From the NCBI GenBank assembly GCA_964466945.1, contig CAYXPA010000006.1, positions 189-64,188 on the forward strand: a stretch of DNA of 64,000 nt, written 5' to 3'. The translations under genes were made by a program, and so were the position numbers. Position 1 is the first letter of the stretch. Every line of letters starts with the position of its first letter. The notes beneath the pieces were generated by a model. The model saw only the letters and a program-made list of their open reading frames with translations. It did no database searches and had not been told where the DNA came from. This DNA is from an uncultured Verrucomicrobiota bacterium (lineage in GTDB: Bacteria; Verrucomicrobiota; Verrucomicrobiia; Limisphaerales; J093). Shown here piece by piece: positions 17,272 to 26,699 of this stretch.

Positions 17272-17359
17272 GCCGGTGTGGCGAAATGGCAGACGCAAGG
17301 GACTTAAAATCCCTTGGCCAGTATTGGCCGTGTGGGTTCGAGTCCCACCACCGGCACCA
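17272..17359 (+). tRNA. tRNA-Leu (anticodon UAA)
   Basis: GCCGGTG acceptor stem, anticodon loop CTTAAAA, long variable arm, GTGGG-TTCGAGT-CCCAC T arm and CACCGGC-A-CCA. Confidence 0.9.
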
Positions 17360-17455
17360 GCTTCGACGCGCGCGCCGTACCCGCGGGCGGTGCCGGGCAA
17401 GTTTGACCCCGAGAAACGTGCCACGGCCCGAGCGTGCGGTGCCGCTGAAAGCCTG

Positions 17456-17483
17456 TTGACGCGACCGCTGTCTTTGGTACCTT
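17456..17483 (+). promoter_or_regulatory. candidate promoter of rplM-rpsI
   Basis: TTGACG-16 nt-TACCTT, with GGAG 7 nt upstream of the ATG at 17507. Sequence pattern only. Confidence 0.3.
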
Positions 17484-17506
17484 CGCCGCTCTTTGTTCGG
17501 AGCTTG

Positions 17507-17941
17507 ATGAAGACGTACTTGCCCAAAGTGGATTGGAACGCCCGGCAGTGGCGGGTGGTGGACGCCGACGGCGTGGTGTTGGGCCGCTTGGCGGCCACGG
17601 TGGCCAACCTGCTTCGCGGTAAAGACAAACCGGTCTTTACCCCGCACCTGGACACCGGCGATTTCGTGATCGTGATCAACGCCGAGAAGGTCCGCCTGAC
17701 CGGCAAAAAGGAAACCCAGAAGCGTTACATGACCTACTCCGGTTGGAAGGGCGGCGAAAAATTCCGCACCGTGGCCGAGGTGCGCGCCCGGCACCCCGAG
17801 CGGCTGATCCTGCACGCCGTCAAGGGCATGATCCCGAAAAACCGTTTGGGCGCCCGGATGCTCACCAAATTGAAGGTCTTCCGCGGTCCGCAGCATCCCC
17901 ATCAGGCTCAAAAACCGATTCCCACTCCCATCCCCGCCTAG
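17507..17941 (+). CDS. rplM: 50S ribosomal protein L13
   Basis: [20 protein letters not shown]... is a canonical uL13. ATG at 17507, in frame in ORF 17204..17941. Confidence 0.95.
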   Translation: MKTYLPKVDWNARQWRVVDADGVVLGRLAATVANLLRGKDKPVFTPHLDTGDFVIVINAEKVRLTGKKETQKRYMTYSGWKGGEKFRTVAEVRARHPERLILHAVKGMIPKNRLGARMLTKLKVFRGPQHPHQAQKPIPTPIPA

Positions 17942-17946
17942 TTCCC

Positions 17947-18342
17947 ATGACCCAGGTTGCTGAACTTCTCGGCACGGGCCGACGCAAGGAAGCCGTGGCG
18001 CGCGTGCGCCTGGCCCCCGGCCGCGGCAAAATCACCATCAACGGCCGGCCGATCGAAAGCTACTTTGTCCTCGAATCCCAGCGCGTCTGGGCCACTCATC
18101 CCTTGGCGGTCACGGAGACCGCCGACAAATACGATGTGCGCGTCAACGTCACCGGCGGCGGCCTCAGCGGCCAGGCCGGCGCGGTGCGCTTGGGCATCGC
18201 CCGCGCGCTGCTCAGTTCCGACCCCAACCTGCGACCGCGGCTCCGAGCCGAAGGCTTGCTCACGCGCGACTCACGGGTGAAGGAGCGCAAGAAGTACGGC
18301 CAGCCGGGCGCGCGCAAGCGTTTCCAATTCAGCAAACGCTAA
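17947..18342 (+). CDS. rpsI: 30S ribosomal protein S9
   Basis: [14 protein letters not shown]...RKRFQFSKR is a canonical uS9. Confidence 0.95.
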   Translation: MTQVAELLGTGRRKEAVARVRLAPGRGKITINGRPIESYFVLESQRVWATHPLAVTETADKYDVRVNVTGGGLSGQAGAVRLGIARALLSSDPNLRPRLRAEGLLTRDSRVKERKKYGQPGARKRFQFSKR

Positions 18343-18366
18343 GCGGGCAAGGTTTGCCACTTCACT

Positions 18367-18398
18367 GCCCCGCCGAAGCACCGGCGGGGCTTTTTTTT
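18367..18398 (+). terminator. rho-independent terminator after rpsI
   Basis: Perfect 9-bp stem GCCCCGCCG/CGGCGGGGC with a 6-nt loop, followed by T8. Confidence 0.9.
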
Positions 18399-18487
18399 AT
18401 CGCGACTCGACCGTGGAGTTGCTTGACACCTCAAGATTTTGTGGGCAACGTCCGCGCCAGCCACATTTAGCGGTAGGCCGACCCGAT

Positions 18488-18973
18488 ATGCGCTGTCCCA
18501 AGTGCGGTTGCCGAGAAGACAAGGTCATTGACTCCCGGGCCTCCCGGGAAGGGGCAACCATCCGGCGTCGCCGTGAGTGCCTGGCTTGCGGCCATCGCTT
18601 CACCACCTACGAGCAGGTGGAAAACCGCCCGCTGGCGGTCATCAAGCGCGACGGCCGCCGCGAGCCGTTCTCGAAGGACAAGTTGCGCAGCGGGATCAGC
18701 CGCGCCTGCGACAAGCGCCCCGTCAGCCCCGCCCAGATCGAGGAGCTGGTCGAGCGGGTCAGCGGCGAGTTGCACAGCGAATTCGACGGCGAAGTCCCGG
18801 CCACGGTCATCGGAGAACGCGTCATGAACGAACTGCGCGGCCTGGACCCGGTGGCGTACGTGCGCTTTGCCAGCGTGTATCGCCGGTTCGAGGAAGCCAC
18901 GGATTTCCTGCAAGCGGTCAAGCACTTGGAGGTGCCCCATGATACGGCTACGTACCGACTGCCTGGTTTTTGA
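18488..18973 (+). CDS. nrdR: transcriptional repressor NrdR
   Basis: MRCPKCG...CLACGHRFTTYE zinc ribbon plus ATP-cone. Confidence 0.9.
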   Translation: MRCPKCGCREDKVIDSRASREGATIRRRRECLACGHRFTTYEQVENRPLAVIKRDGRREPFSKDKLRSGISRACDKRPVSPAQIEELVERVSGELHSEFDGEVPATVIGERVMNELRGLDPVAYVRFASVYRRFEEATDFLQAVKHLEVPHDTATYRLPGF

Positions 18974-19493
18974 AACGGCCGAAGGCGGGGTGCCCTGCCC
19001 GGTGGAGTACGTGATCCACGAGCTCTTGGGCGAAGCCGCCACCTGGGTGGACCCCGAGATTCTCCGGCAGGCCGCCGCCGGCGTGCTGCGCTATTTCCGG
19101 GACGACCTCGAGCGCGACACCGTGACCGTGGATGAGTTTTCCCGCGTCCTGGCCGGGGTATTGCGGAACTTCGGCGTGCAGGTGGTCACGGAAACGGCTC
19201 CCAAGACCGGCGGGGAAGTCTTTCCGCTTGACCTCCGGGACTTGGCGCGCGAGGTCGGCGCGAATTTCGAGCTGGCGTTTTTCACCCGCTTGCGGGGCGA
19301 ATTGACCCAACGGCTGGCCCGCGCGCCGCGCGTGTTGCGCCTGCACGGCCTGCGCCCCTGCGTCAAACACCTGGCCTCGGCGCAACGTTGGTGCCCGCGG
19401 TGCCGCCGGCTCCGTCACCAGATTCTGGATTTCCTGGACCAGTGCCTGCGGGAGGCTGCGCCGGGCAGCGGCTGCGCCCTGGTGGTGAGTTGA
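18939..19493 (+). CDS. hypothetical protein (184 aa)
   Basis: The ATG at 18939 overlaps the nrdR 3' end by 35 nt. C-terminal Cys cluster CVKHL...WCPRCRR. No family recognised. Confidence 0.5.
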   Translation: MIRLRTDCLVFETAEGGVPCPVEYVIHELLGEAATWVDPEILRQAAAGVLRYFRDDLERDTVTVDEFSRVLAGVLRNFGVQVVTETAPKTGGEVFPLDLRDLAREVGANFELAFFTRLRGELTQRLARAPRVLRLHGLRPCVKHLASAQRWCPRCRRLRHQILDFLDQCLREAAPGSGCALVVS

Positions 19494-19559
19494 GCCACGC
19501 TCCGGCCGGCTCAACCCGAAGGCTAACCGAGCCTCCGGCCTTGCAGCCCTCGCCGCGCC

Positions 19560-20768
19560 TCACAGCCGGTACTGCGGAATCTTCAGCCACTCCCCGCCCC
19601 GAAGCGCGGACTGGTGGGCTACGATGCCGGCCACGGTCATGTTCAACGCCAGCGCCACGTCCACGCGCGGCCGGCGTCGTTCCAGGATGGCGGTCACAAA
19701 CTCGTTCATCAAATACCCGTGCGAGCCGCCGTGTCCGCCGGCCTCGACCCCCGGCGGCAGCGGCGGGCGTCGTGTGTCGGGCAGGTTCTTCTCCAACCCC
19801 TCGTACCGGCCGTGGAAGGTCCCGCGCTGCCCGCGCACGCGGCCGCGCTCGCCCTCGTCGCCGGGGGTGTCCCAGCTCACGGCCATGCGGGACATGCCGC
19901 CCTCGCTGGTGCGGAAAAGCGCGATCTCGGTGCCGAATGGATTTCGGTAGCGGTTGTTGGCGGGTTGGAGATGCGCGATCCGGCTGGGCATGCCCAAGCA
20001 GGACACCTCGGTGAAACTACCGCCGGTGACGCCCAGGTGGTAGGCGTTCGAGTGCGTCGGGTACCATTGCGGCGGCAGGCCCACCCGCCAGTCCCGGAAG
20101 GATGGAATCGGCTGCTCCATGTAGTGGTAGTACTCGCCCTCCGAGTACACGATCTCGCCCAGTCCGCCGGCCCGATAGATTTCCCACATCGCGTGCAGGT
20201 CGGAGTGGTAACAGGAGGTCTCGAACATCATGTACGTGAGCCCGCTCTTCTTGACCGCTGAGAACAGCGCTTCCGCCTCCTCGAGGGAGCCGAACACCGC
20301 CGGCACCGCGCAGGCCACGTGTTTGCCGTGCTCGAGCGCCAAGATGCTGTGCCGTGCGTGGCTCGGGGCGTCGGTGGCCACAAACACCGCCTCGAGGCGG
20401 TCGTCTTTGACCAGTTCCTCGAGAGACGGATAGGTCTTCGCGCAACGGCACGCCCGGGCCAGCGCGGCGCAACGCTCCGGAATAAGGTCGCTTACCGCCA
20501 CGACCTCGACGTTTGGGTGATCCTGAAACCCGAACGTCGCACCGAACTGGCACACTCCGTAGCCCGCGATGCCCACGCGCAGGCGGCGGTCGGACACGGG
20601 CTTCCAGCCGCGCGAGGCTTCGGGGTCGGTCGGCGCCTTTTCAAACCCGGCGATCGGCACGTCCTGGGCGCGCGCCAGCATCGCGGCAGCGCTCCCGGCG
20701 CCGAGGATTTGCAGGAAGGTCCGGCGCGAGGGGCCCGCCGGCGGCGTCGGCTTGCGAGGTGTCTTCAT
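19560..20768 (-). CDS. Gfo/Idh/MocA family oxidoreductase with Tat signal
   Basis: SRRTFLQILGAGSAAAMLARA signal, Rossmann motif VGIAGYG, and a GFO_IDH_MocA C-terminal domain. ATG at 20768. Confidence 0.8.
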   Translation of the reverse strand: MKTPRKPTPPAGPSRRTFLQILGAGSAAAMLARAQDVPIAGFEKAPTDPEASRGWKPVSDRRLRVGIAGYGVCQFGATFGFQDHPNVEVVAVSDLIPERCAALARACRCAKTYPSLEELVKDDRLEAVFVATDAPSHARHSILALEHGKHVACAVPAVFGSLEEAEALFSAVKKSGLTYMMFETSCYHSDLHAMWEIYRAGGLGEIVYSEGEYYHYMEQPIPSFRDWRVGLPPQWYPTHSNAYHLGVTGGSFTEVSCLGMPSRIAHLQPANNRYRNPFGTEIALFRTSEGGMSRMAVSWDTPGDEGERGRVRGQRGTFHGRYEGLEKNLPDTRRPPLPPGVEAGGHGGSHGYLMNEFVTAILERRRPRVDVALALNMTVAGIVAHQSALRGGEWLKIPQYRL

Positions 20769-20896
20769 GCGCCCTGTGTTAACGCCCCGGCGGGGTGCTG
20801 TCACGCCTTCGCGCAGCCGCGCCACTCCGCGTGCGGTCGCGCCCCCGTCCGCAAATCGGGCTTCCCAGTCGCGCCCGGCCTTTCCACCATCGCGCC

Positions 20897-22318
20897 ATGC
20901 GCACACCCCGTCCCACTCCATCACATGGCCGCGCCGCGGTGTGGCGCTGCCTGGCGGCCGCGGTCCTGGCCGTTCGAGTGCTCGCCGCCGAATCGCCCAC
21001 GGCGGAGTCGCGCCTGCTGGTGGACCTGCCGCCGGCGCCGTACCCGACCGCGCTGCTCACCAACTCCCCCTTCGGCATTAACAGCGCGCTGGACCCCGCC
21101 CAGCCCGACCTCGAGACCCACTTCCAGGCCATGCAGGACTTGGGCGTAAAATGGGCCCGGCAGGATTTCACCTGGCGTCAGATCGAGCGCGCGCCCGGTC
21201 AGTACCAGTGGCAGGCTTACGATCTACTGGTGGAAAAGGCCCTCGAGCACGGCGTCCAACTGCTCGGCTGCCTGGCCTACGCGCCGAGTTTCCACGACCC
21301 CGCCACGCCCGCCGGGGCCGACGCCTACGCAAAGTTCGCCGAAGCCTCCGCGCGCCGCTACGCCGGGCGGGTGGACTACTGGCAAATTTGGAACGAGCCC
21401 AACGGCGGTTACTGGAAGGGCAGCCCCGAGGATTACGCCCGCTTGCTCAGCGCGGCCGGTCCGGCCATTCGCCTGGTCAACCGCCAGGCCAAGGTCGTGG
21501 CGCTCAACATGGCTTTCTGCGATGTGCTCTGGGCCGGTCGCGTGCTCAAGCAGGTCTCCCCCGACGCTTACGACGTCGTGGCCTTCCACCCGTACCGCCC
21601 GCCCTCCGCACCCGAGGAGCCCTTCGACTGGTGGATGCTCGACCAGTACGTGAAGTCCTGGCACGCCGGCGATCTGCCCACCAATTATTCCCAGGTCACC
21701 ATGACCTTCCTCGATCAAACCGCCGAGCTGGCCCGCCTGCTCGAGCGCCTCAACGCCCCCAAGCCGCTTTGGGTCACCGAAATCTGCTGGAACTCCCACC
21801 TCCACCCCTATGGCGTGAGCGAACTGCGCCAGGCCGACCTGCTGGTCCGCTTCCACGTCCTGGCCCTGGCCTCGTGCCGGATCGAAAAGGTCTTCTGGTG
21901 GGCGCTGCGCGACCAGGGCGTGCGCCAGTATGACCAGGCGGACATGGTGGGGTTGATGCGGTTTGACCGCTCGCCCAAGTACAGCTTCGCCGCTTACGCC
22001 TGGATGACCCGCCTGCTCGAAGGCAAACGCTGGGTCCGCAACGACGCCTTCGGCCCGCGCGTGTTTGTGGTGGTCTTCAACGACCCGGACAAAAAGCAGG
22101 ACACGCTGGTCGCCTGGGCCACGCAGCCCGTGGCCTACCTGCGGGTGAACACCCCCGAGAGCGGGCTCAACTTTTACGACGTCTTCGGCACCCGCCGCTT
22201 CGTCGAGCACGACCCCGTGCGCACCGGCAGCTTCTCCGTGCCCATCGGCGAGAGCCCGATCTACATCGTCGGCGCGGAGGGGCTGCGCGCGACGGTCCGC
22301 GAGTTGCCCGGTTGGTAG
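20897..22318 (+). CDS. secreted clan GH-A glycoside hydrolase (family not resolved)
   Basis: Signal peptide, WQIWNEPN acid/base motif and LWVTEICW nucleophile motif. ATG at 20897. Confidence 0.7.
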   Translation: MRTPRPTPSHGRAAVWRCLAAAVLAVRVLAAESPTAESRLLVDLPPAPYPTALLTNSPFGINSALDPAQPDLETHFQAMQDLGVKWARQDFTWRQIERAPGQYQWQAYDLLVEKALEHGVQLLGCLAYAPSFHDPATPAGADAYAKFAEASARRYAGRVDYWQIWNEPNGGYWKGSPEDYARLLSAAGPAIRLVNRQAKVVALNMAFCDVLWAGRVLKQVSPDAYDVVAFHPYRPPSAPEEPFDWWMLDQYVKSWHAGDLPTNYSQVTMTFLDQTAELARLLERLNAPKPLWVTEICWNSHLHPYGVSELRQADLLVRFHVLALASCRIEKVFWWALRDQGVRQYDQADMVGLMRFDRSPKYSFAAYAWMTRLLEGKRWVRNDAFGPRVFVVVFNDPDKKQDTLVAWATQPVAYLRVNTPESGLNFYDVFGTRRFVEHDPVRTGSFSVPIGESPIYIVGAEGLRATVRELPGW

Positions 22319-22389
22319 CGCCAGGGCCGGGCGGCGTCCGCACCGGGCCGGCGCGCGCCGCGAACCACCTGCCCCGGCCCCACCGCGAC

Positions 22390-23484
22390 TCAGCGCACCC
22401 GCTCGACCACCACCTGCTTGAGGTCGCTGACGCCGATCTGGAGCAGCTCGGCATTCTGGTACAGGGCGAGGCTGGTCTTGACCGCGGGCCGGCCGGCCAG
22501 TTCGCGTTGGTGTTCAAGCTCGCTGATGGCCAGTACGTCCAGCGCCACGGGGTCGGTACTGAACCAGAGTTGGTTCAACACCGCCGAGTAGTGCAGGAGC
22601 GTGCGCTCCTCACCGTAGTACTGCGCCAGCAGGGCGTCGGTCACGTTCAACACCACCCGGTCGCTCAGCAACGGCAGCGCGCAAATTTCCGGCACCGCCA
22701 CCGCCAGCCGGCCGGCGTCGCCGGTGAAGCGGAGCGTGTTGTCCACGCTGCCCAACGCCAGCCCGGCCAGGTGCCCGGACACGCCGGTATGGTTATGGTT
22801 GAGCAACGGGACCACGCTGATGATTTTGGTCAACTCCCGGCTCACCAACCGGCTCACGTACGAGCGCCGGCTCAGGGATTGCCCCTGTTGGTCGAAGTCC
22901 ACGTCGCCATGCACCACCTGGCCGAGGATCGCGTTTTCGTAAAACTCGTTGGTGTCGTAACCCGCCTCAAGCGCGGCCGCCACGCGCACGCCCTGCCGGG
23001 CCGCCAGGTCCACAAAACCGGCCTGCCGCAAATGCGCCATGTGCTTGTCCCAGATCACCACCCGCTCCGGCGGATGGCCCGCGGTGAGCAGGCTCGAAAT
23101 CAGCGCCTCGACCACCGCCGGCCGCGTCCCGCTCAACGCGCCGGGTGCGGCGTGCACTTTGATGCCCACCACCTCCTGGGTACTCAAGAGGCTGCGCCAG
23201 GCCGCCTCGGGCGTGGGCTGGCCGGTGAGGTTGGTCAACCCGCGGTCCACCATGCGCCGCAAAACCTCGCGCTGCGGCTGGTAAGCCGTGATGGCGGTCG
23301 GGTCTTCCACCACCACTACCCGGACCCGGGCCGGGGCCGGGATGGCGAACGTCGGCGCCGGCACGGCCGGAGCCGGTGCCGAAACTTGGGAAGGCGCTTC
23401 GGGGGCGGGCTCCGCGCTCAGCGCCAGCCAACCTCCCACCAGGACCGCGGCGAACCAACCCGGGTTCCTTGACGTGCCAGACAT
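22390..23484 (-). CDS. DUF362 domain protein with signal peptide
   Basis: 364-aa ORF. The N-terminal hydrophobic signal and DUF362-like core were recognised from memory. Confidence 0.6.
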   Translation of the reverse strand: MSGTSRNPGWFAAVLVGGWLALSAEPAPEAPSQVSAPAPAVPAPTFAIPAPARVRVVVVEDPTAITAYQPQREVLRRMVDRGLTNLTGQPTPEAAWRSLLSTQEVVGIKVHAAPGALSGTRPAVVEALISSLLTAGHPPERVVIWDKHMAHLRQAGFVDLAARQGVRVAAALEAGYDTNEFYENAILGQVVHGDVDFDQQGQSLSRRSYVSRLVSRELTKIISVVPLLNHNHTGVSGHLAGLALGSVDNTLRFTGDAGRLAVAVPEICALPLLSDRVVLNVTDALLAQYYGEERTLLHYSAVLNQLWFSTDPVALDVLAISELEHQRELAGRPAVKTSLALYQNAELLQIGVSDLKQVVVERVR

Positions 23485-23505
23485 GAGGTGTTACCACCGG
23501 GCGAC

Positions 23506-25734
23506 ATGTTGGCCGCCCAAAATCGGGGGCTGTTATCGGGCTTGGCCCGGGCCTTTGGCAAGCCTGCTCGCCGCCCGGCGGCCGCGCCTCCGACGGGGGC
23601 CGGGCGGCCACGGGTAAGCGCGGCCAGGGCCGCACTTTATTGCAGTCTGCTCCTGCTCCTGGCGGGCTGCGGCGTCCAGGGGCGCGACCACTTGCTGCTG
23701 GGCCAAAGGCTGCTCCAAGAAGGCCGCCCGGCCGAGGCCATCGAGCCGCTCCAGGCCGCGATTCAAGCCCTGCAAACCAACGCCCCCGCCGCCGCCCAGG
23801 CGTGGAACTACCTCGGCCTGGCCTACCATCGGGCGGGGCAAGCCGCCGAGGCCGCCCGGGCTTACAAGGCGGCGCTGGACCGCGACTTCAACCTCTTCAC
23901 CGCCCGCTACAACCTGGGCGCGCTGTTCTTCGAGCAGGGCAATTACACCGCCTCCATCAACGAGCTGACCACCTACACCGCCCACCAGCCCAAAGACCCG
24001 GCCGGCTGGCTCTTGCTCGGCCGGGCGCAACTGCGCGCCGGCTTGCTCGACGCCGCCGACCGCAACCTGCTCCAGGCCCTGCGCCTGAACCCCGGCCTGC
24101 AGCAGCAAGCCGAAGCCCTCAACGCCCTCGGCCTGGGCCAGGTCCAACGCCGCCGGGCGCGCGAGGCCTTCCAGTATTTCGAGGCCGCCCTGAACCGCGT
24201 CACCAACTACCCGCCCGCGCTGCTCAACCAGGCCATCCTTTCCCAGCAGGTGCGCGACTACCGTTACGCCCTCCAAAAGTACGCCGCTTACCTCGACGTG
24301 GCCGGACAGGCTGCCAACGCCGAAACCATCCGCAGCCTCACCAACCGTCTGAGCGAACAAATTGCCCTGGCGCTCAAGCCCGCTCCGGCGCCGGCCGCCC
24401 CGCCGCCCGCGACCAACCTGCTCGCCAATCTCCGCACCGCGACGCCGCCCGCCGCCACTCCAGCCGCGCCGACCCCGAGCCAGGTCCGCACCACGGCGCC
24501 TCCGGCCAAACCATCCGTCACCGCGCCCCCGGTGATCGCTCAAACTTCCCCACCACCGGCCACGGTCGCCACCACCGCGCCGCCACCAGCCGTTGCCGCC
24601 GCCAAACCACCCGTCCAAACGCCGTCGGAGACAAAACCCGCGCCGCCGCCGGTCGCGGCGACCACGCCGCGCGCCGCACCACCCGTCGCCAGCGAGACCG
24701 CAAAAACTCAACAGGCCACGCCCGGTCCCGCGCCAACGCCCGCCGCCACCACCCCCAAGCCGGAAACCCCGCCTGCGCCCGTCGTGGAAACGGTCGAGCT
24801 CGCGGCCGAACCGGAAATCAAACCCGCCGTGGACGTGGCGCTCGCGCCCGCCGCCACCGCGGCCCGGCCGCCCGCCACCAACACCACTCCATCTGCTGCG
24901 CCATCACCCGCGCCAGCGGCCAGTCCCGCCCCGGCTTCGCCTGCTGCCACGCCGGCTCCGTCCGCTGCGACCGCTGGAAGCGCGGCAAAAGAATCCGAAC
25001 CACCCCGCAAACGCTCTCTCATCGCCCGGCTCAACCCGCTCAATCTCATCCGCGGCGAAGGCGACCCGGATAAAATCCGCGAACGCGAGGCCAAAAAAGC
25101 TGCCGAGCAGGCCCGCAAAGCGGAAAAAGAGGCGGCCAAAAAACGGACCACCCCCGTCGAACGCAAGACCGCGGCCGCCGCGCCAGCCCCGGAGCCCGAG
25201 CCGCCGCGCCCCGTTTTCCCCCGGTACAAGTACGCAACGCCGGCACCGCCCGCGCCCGGCAACCGCGCGGAAGCCGAACGCTTGGTGGCCGAAGGCGTGA
25301 CCGCGCATCGCGCCGGGCGACTGGGCGAAGCGTTGGCCGCTTACCAGCGCGCCGCACGCGCCGACCCGGCGCATTTCCCGGCCCACTTCAACCTGGCCGT
25401 GGCCGCGTTCGAGCAACGCGACTGGCCGCGCGCCCTGGCCGCTTACGAGACCGCGCTGGCCCTGGACCCTGCCCATGCCGATGCCCGCTACGGCTTCGCC
25501 CTCTCCCTCGAACGCGCCGGTTACCCCCTCGACGCCGCGGCCGAGTTGGAAAAAATCCTTGCCCGCGACCCGCGCCACGTCGAAGCGCACCTGGCCCTGG
25601 CCAACCTCTGCGCCACGACGCTGGCCGACCGCGACCGCGCGCGGGAGCACTACCTCAAAGTGCTCCAACTCCAGCCCAACCACCCCCAGGCCGGGCTGAT
25701 CAAACGCTGGCTGGGCCCGGCCTGGCGGCCATGA
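23506..25734 (+). CDS. TPR-repeat lipoprotein with long Pro/Ala/Thr-rich linker
   Basis: Lipobox LLLLAGC, with N- and C-terminal TPR blocks flanking ~300 aa of low-complexity PA-rich sequence. ATG at 23506; the ORF-track start at 23488 is GTG. Confidence 0.75.
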   Translation: MLAAQNRGLLSGLARAFGKPARRPAAAPPTGAGRPRVSAARAALYCSLLLLLAGCGVQGRDHLLLGQRLLQEGRPAEAIEPLQAAIQALQTNAPAAAQAWNYLGLAYHRAGQAAEAARAYKAALDRDFNLFTARYNLGALFFEQGNYTASINELTTYTAHQPKDPAGWLLLGRAQLRAGLLDAADRNLLQALRLNPGLQQQAEALNALGLGQVQRRRAREAFQYFEAALNRVTNYPPALLNQAILSQQVRDYRYALQKYAAYLDVAGQAANAETIRSLTNRLSEQIALALKPAPAPAAPPPATNLLANLRTATPPAATPAAPTPSQVRTTAPPAKPSVTAPPVIAQTSPPPATVATTAPPPAVAAAKPPVQTPSETKPAPPPVAATTPRAAPPVASETAKTQQATPGPAPTPAATTPKPETPPAPVVETVELAAEPEIKPAVDVALAPAATAARPPATNTTPSAAPSPAPAASPAPASPAATPAPSAATAGSAAKESEPPRKRSLIARLNPLNLIRGEGDPDKIREREAKKAAEQARKAEKEAAKKRTTPVERKTAAAAPAPEPEPPRPVFPRYKYATPAPPAPGNRAEAERLVAEGVTAHRAGRLGEALAAYQRAARADPAHFPAHFNLAVAAFEQRDWPRALAAYETALALDPAHADARYGFALSLERAGYPLDAAAELEKILARDPRHVEAHLALANLCATTLADRDRAREHYLKVLQLQPNHPQAGLIKRWLGPAWRP

Positions 25735-25943
25735 AAGCGAGGAGTGAGAAGTGAGTCCGGAAGCCGGACGCCGCAGCCGACACGGAGCGTGTGGAGTGCG
25801 CCTGCCCGCTGCGCTTCGCTGGGCGCGGCAGGCCGGCTGGCCGGCGCTGTCGGCAGGGCCGCGCTGCGGCGCGGCCGGGGGGGACGGCACCGGCGCAGCG
25901 GCGCCCTGCCCAGTCAGGAGTGAGAAGCGGGGAGTGAGGAGTG

Positions 25944-25999
25944 GGATGCCGGATGCCGGATACCGGATGCCAGATACCAGAGGCCGGATGTCGGATGCG
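25944..25999 (-). repeat. 7-bp tandem repeat tract (8 units, GGATRCC orientation)
   Basis: GGATGCC GGATGCC GGATACC GGATGCC AGATACC AGAGGCC GGATGTC GGATGCG. Confidence 0.9.
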
Positions 26000-26027
26000 G
26001 GCATTACGGGGGCGGCGTGTCGCCTGC

Positions 26028-26160
26028 GTAGCGCAGACCTCCGGTCTGCCGTATCGCGGGTTTCCAACCCGCAGATGCGGGCGTGTTCCGTAGCGCTGCG
26101 GTATTCCGGCGGTCTGCCAACTGGAAGTCGGCGGTACGGCAGGTTGGAAACCTGCGCTAC
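26028..26160 (-). repeat. 133-bp REPIN-like unit, copy 3
   Basis: Reverse complement aligns full length to copies 1 and 2. Confidence 0.9.
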
Positions 26161-26455
26161 GAGGCCGGGCCGACGGCGAGGGCGCCGTCGGCGGCACGCG
26201 CGGACGCGTGCGCTCCCCCAAATCAAGGTCGCCGGCAAGTTGCCGCCTGCCTGCCGGCAGGCAGGCCGACCACGGCCTGGTGGGCCGTTCCAGCCGGGAC
26301 AAAGAGCGGCAGCAAGCTGCCGCACTCCATGCGCTGGCGCGCGAGTCGAGCGTCCGGCCCGTTGCAGAGCGTATGGAGTGCGCCTGCCCGCAGCGCTTCG
26401 CTCGGCGCAGCGGCGCCCTGCCCAGTCAGGAGTGAGAAGCGGGAAGTGAGAAGTG

Positions 26456-26532
26456 GGATGCCGGATGCCGGATACCGGATGCCAGATACCGGATACCAGA
26501 TGCCAGAGGCCGGATGTCGGATGCCGGATGCG
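26456..26532 (-). repeat. 7-bp tandem repeat tract (11 units)
   Basis: Same tract as 25944-25999 but three units longer. Confidence 0.9.
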
Positions 26533-26566
26533 GGAGTCGGGAGCGGCAGGCGGCTCGCCCGGCCGC

Positions 26567-26699
26567 GTAGCGCAGACCTCTGGTCTGTCGTATCGCGGGT
26601 TTCCAACCCGCCGGTGCGGGCGTATTCCGCGGCGCTGCGGTATTCCGGCGGTCTGCCGACTGGCAGTCGGCGGTACGGCAGGTTGGAAACCTACGCTAC
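26567..26699 (-). repeat. 133-bp REPIN-like unit, copy 4
   Basis: Reverse complement aligns full length to the other copies. Loop variants are TCT, GGC and CCGG. Confidence 0.9.
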
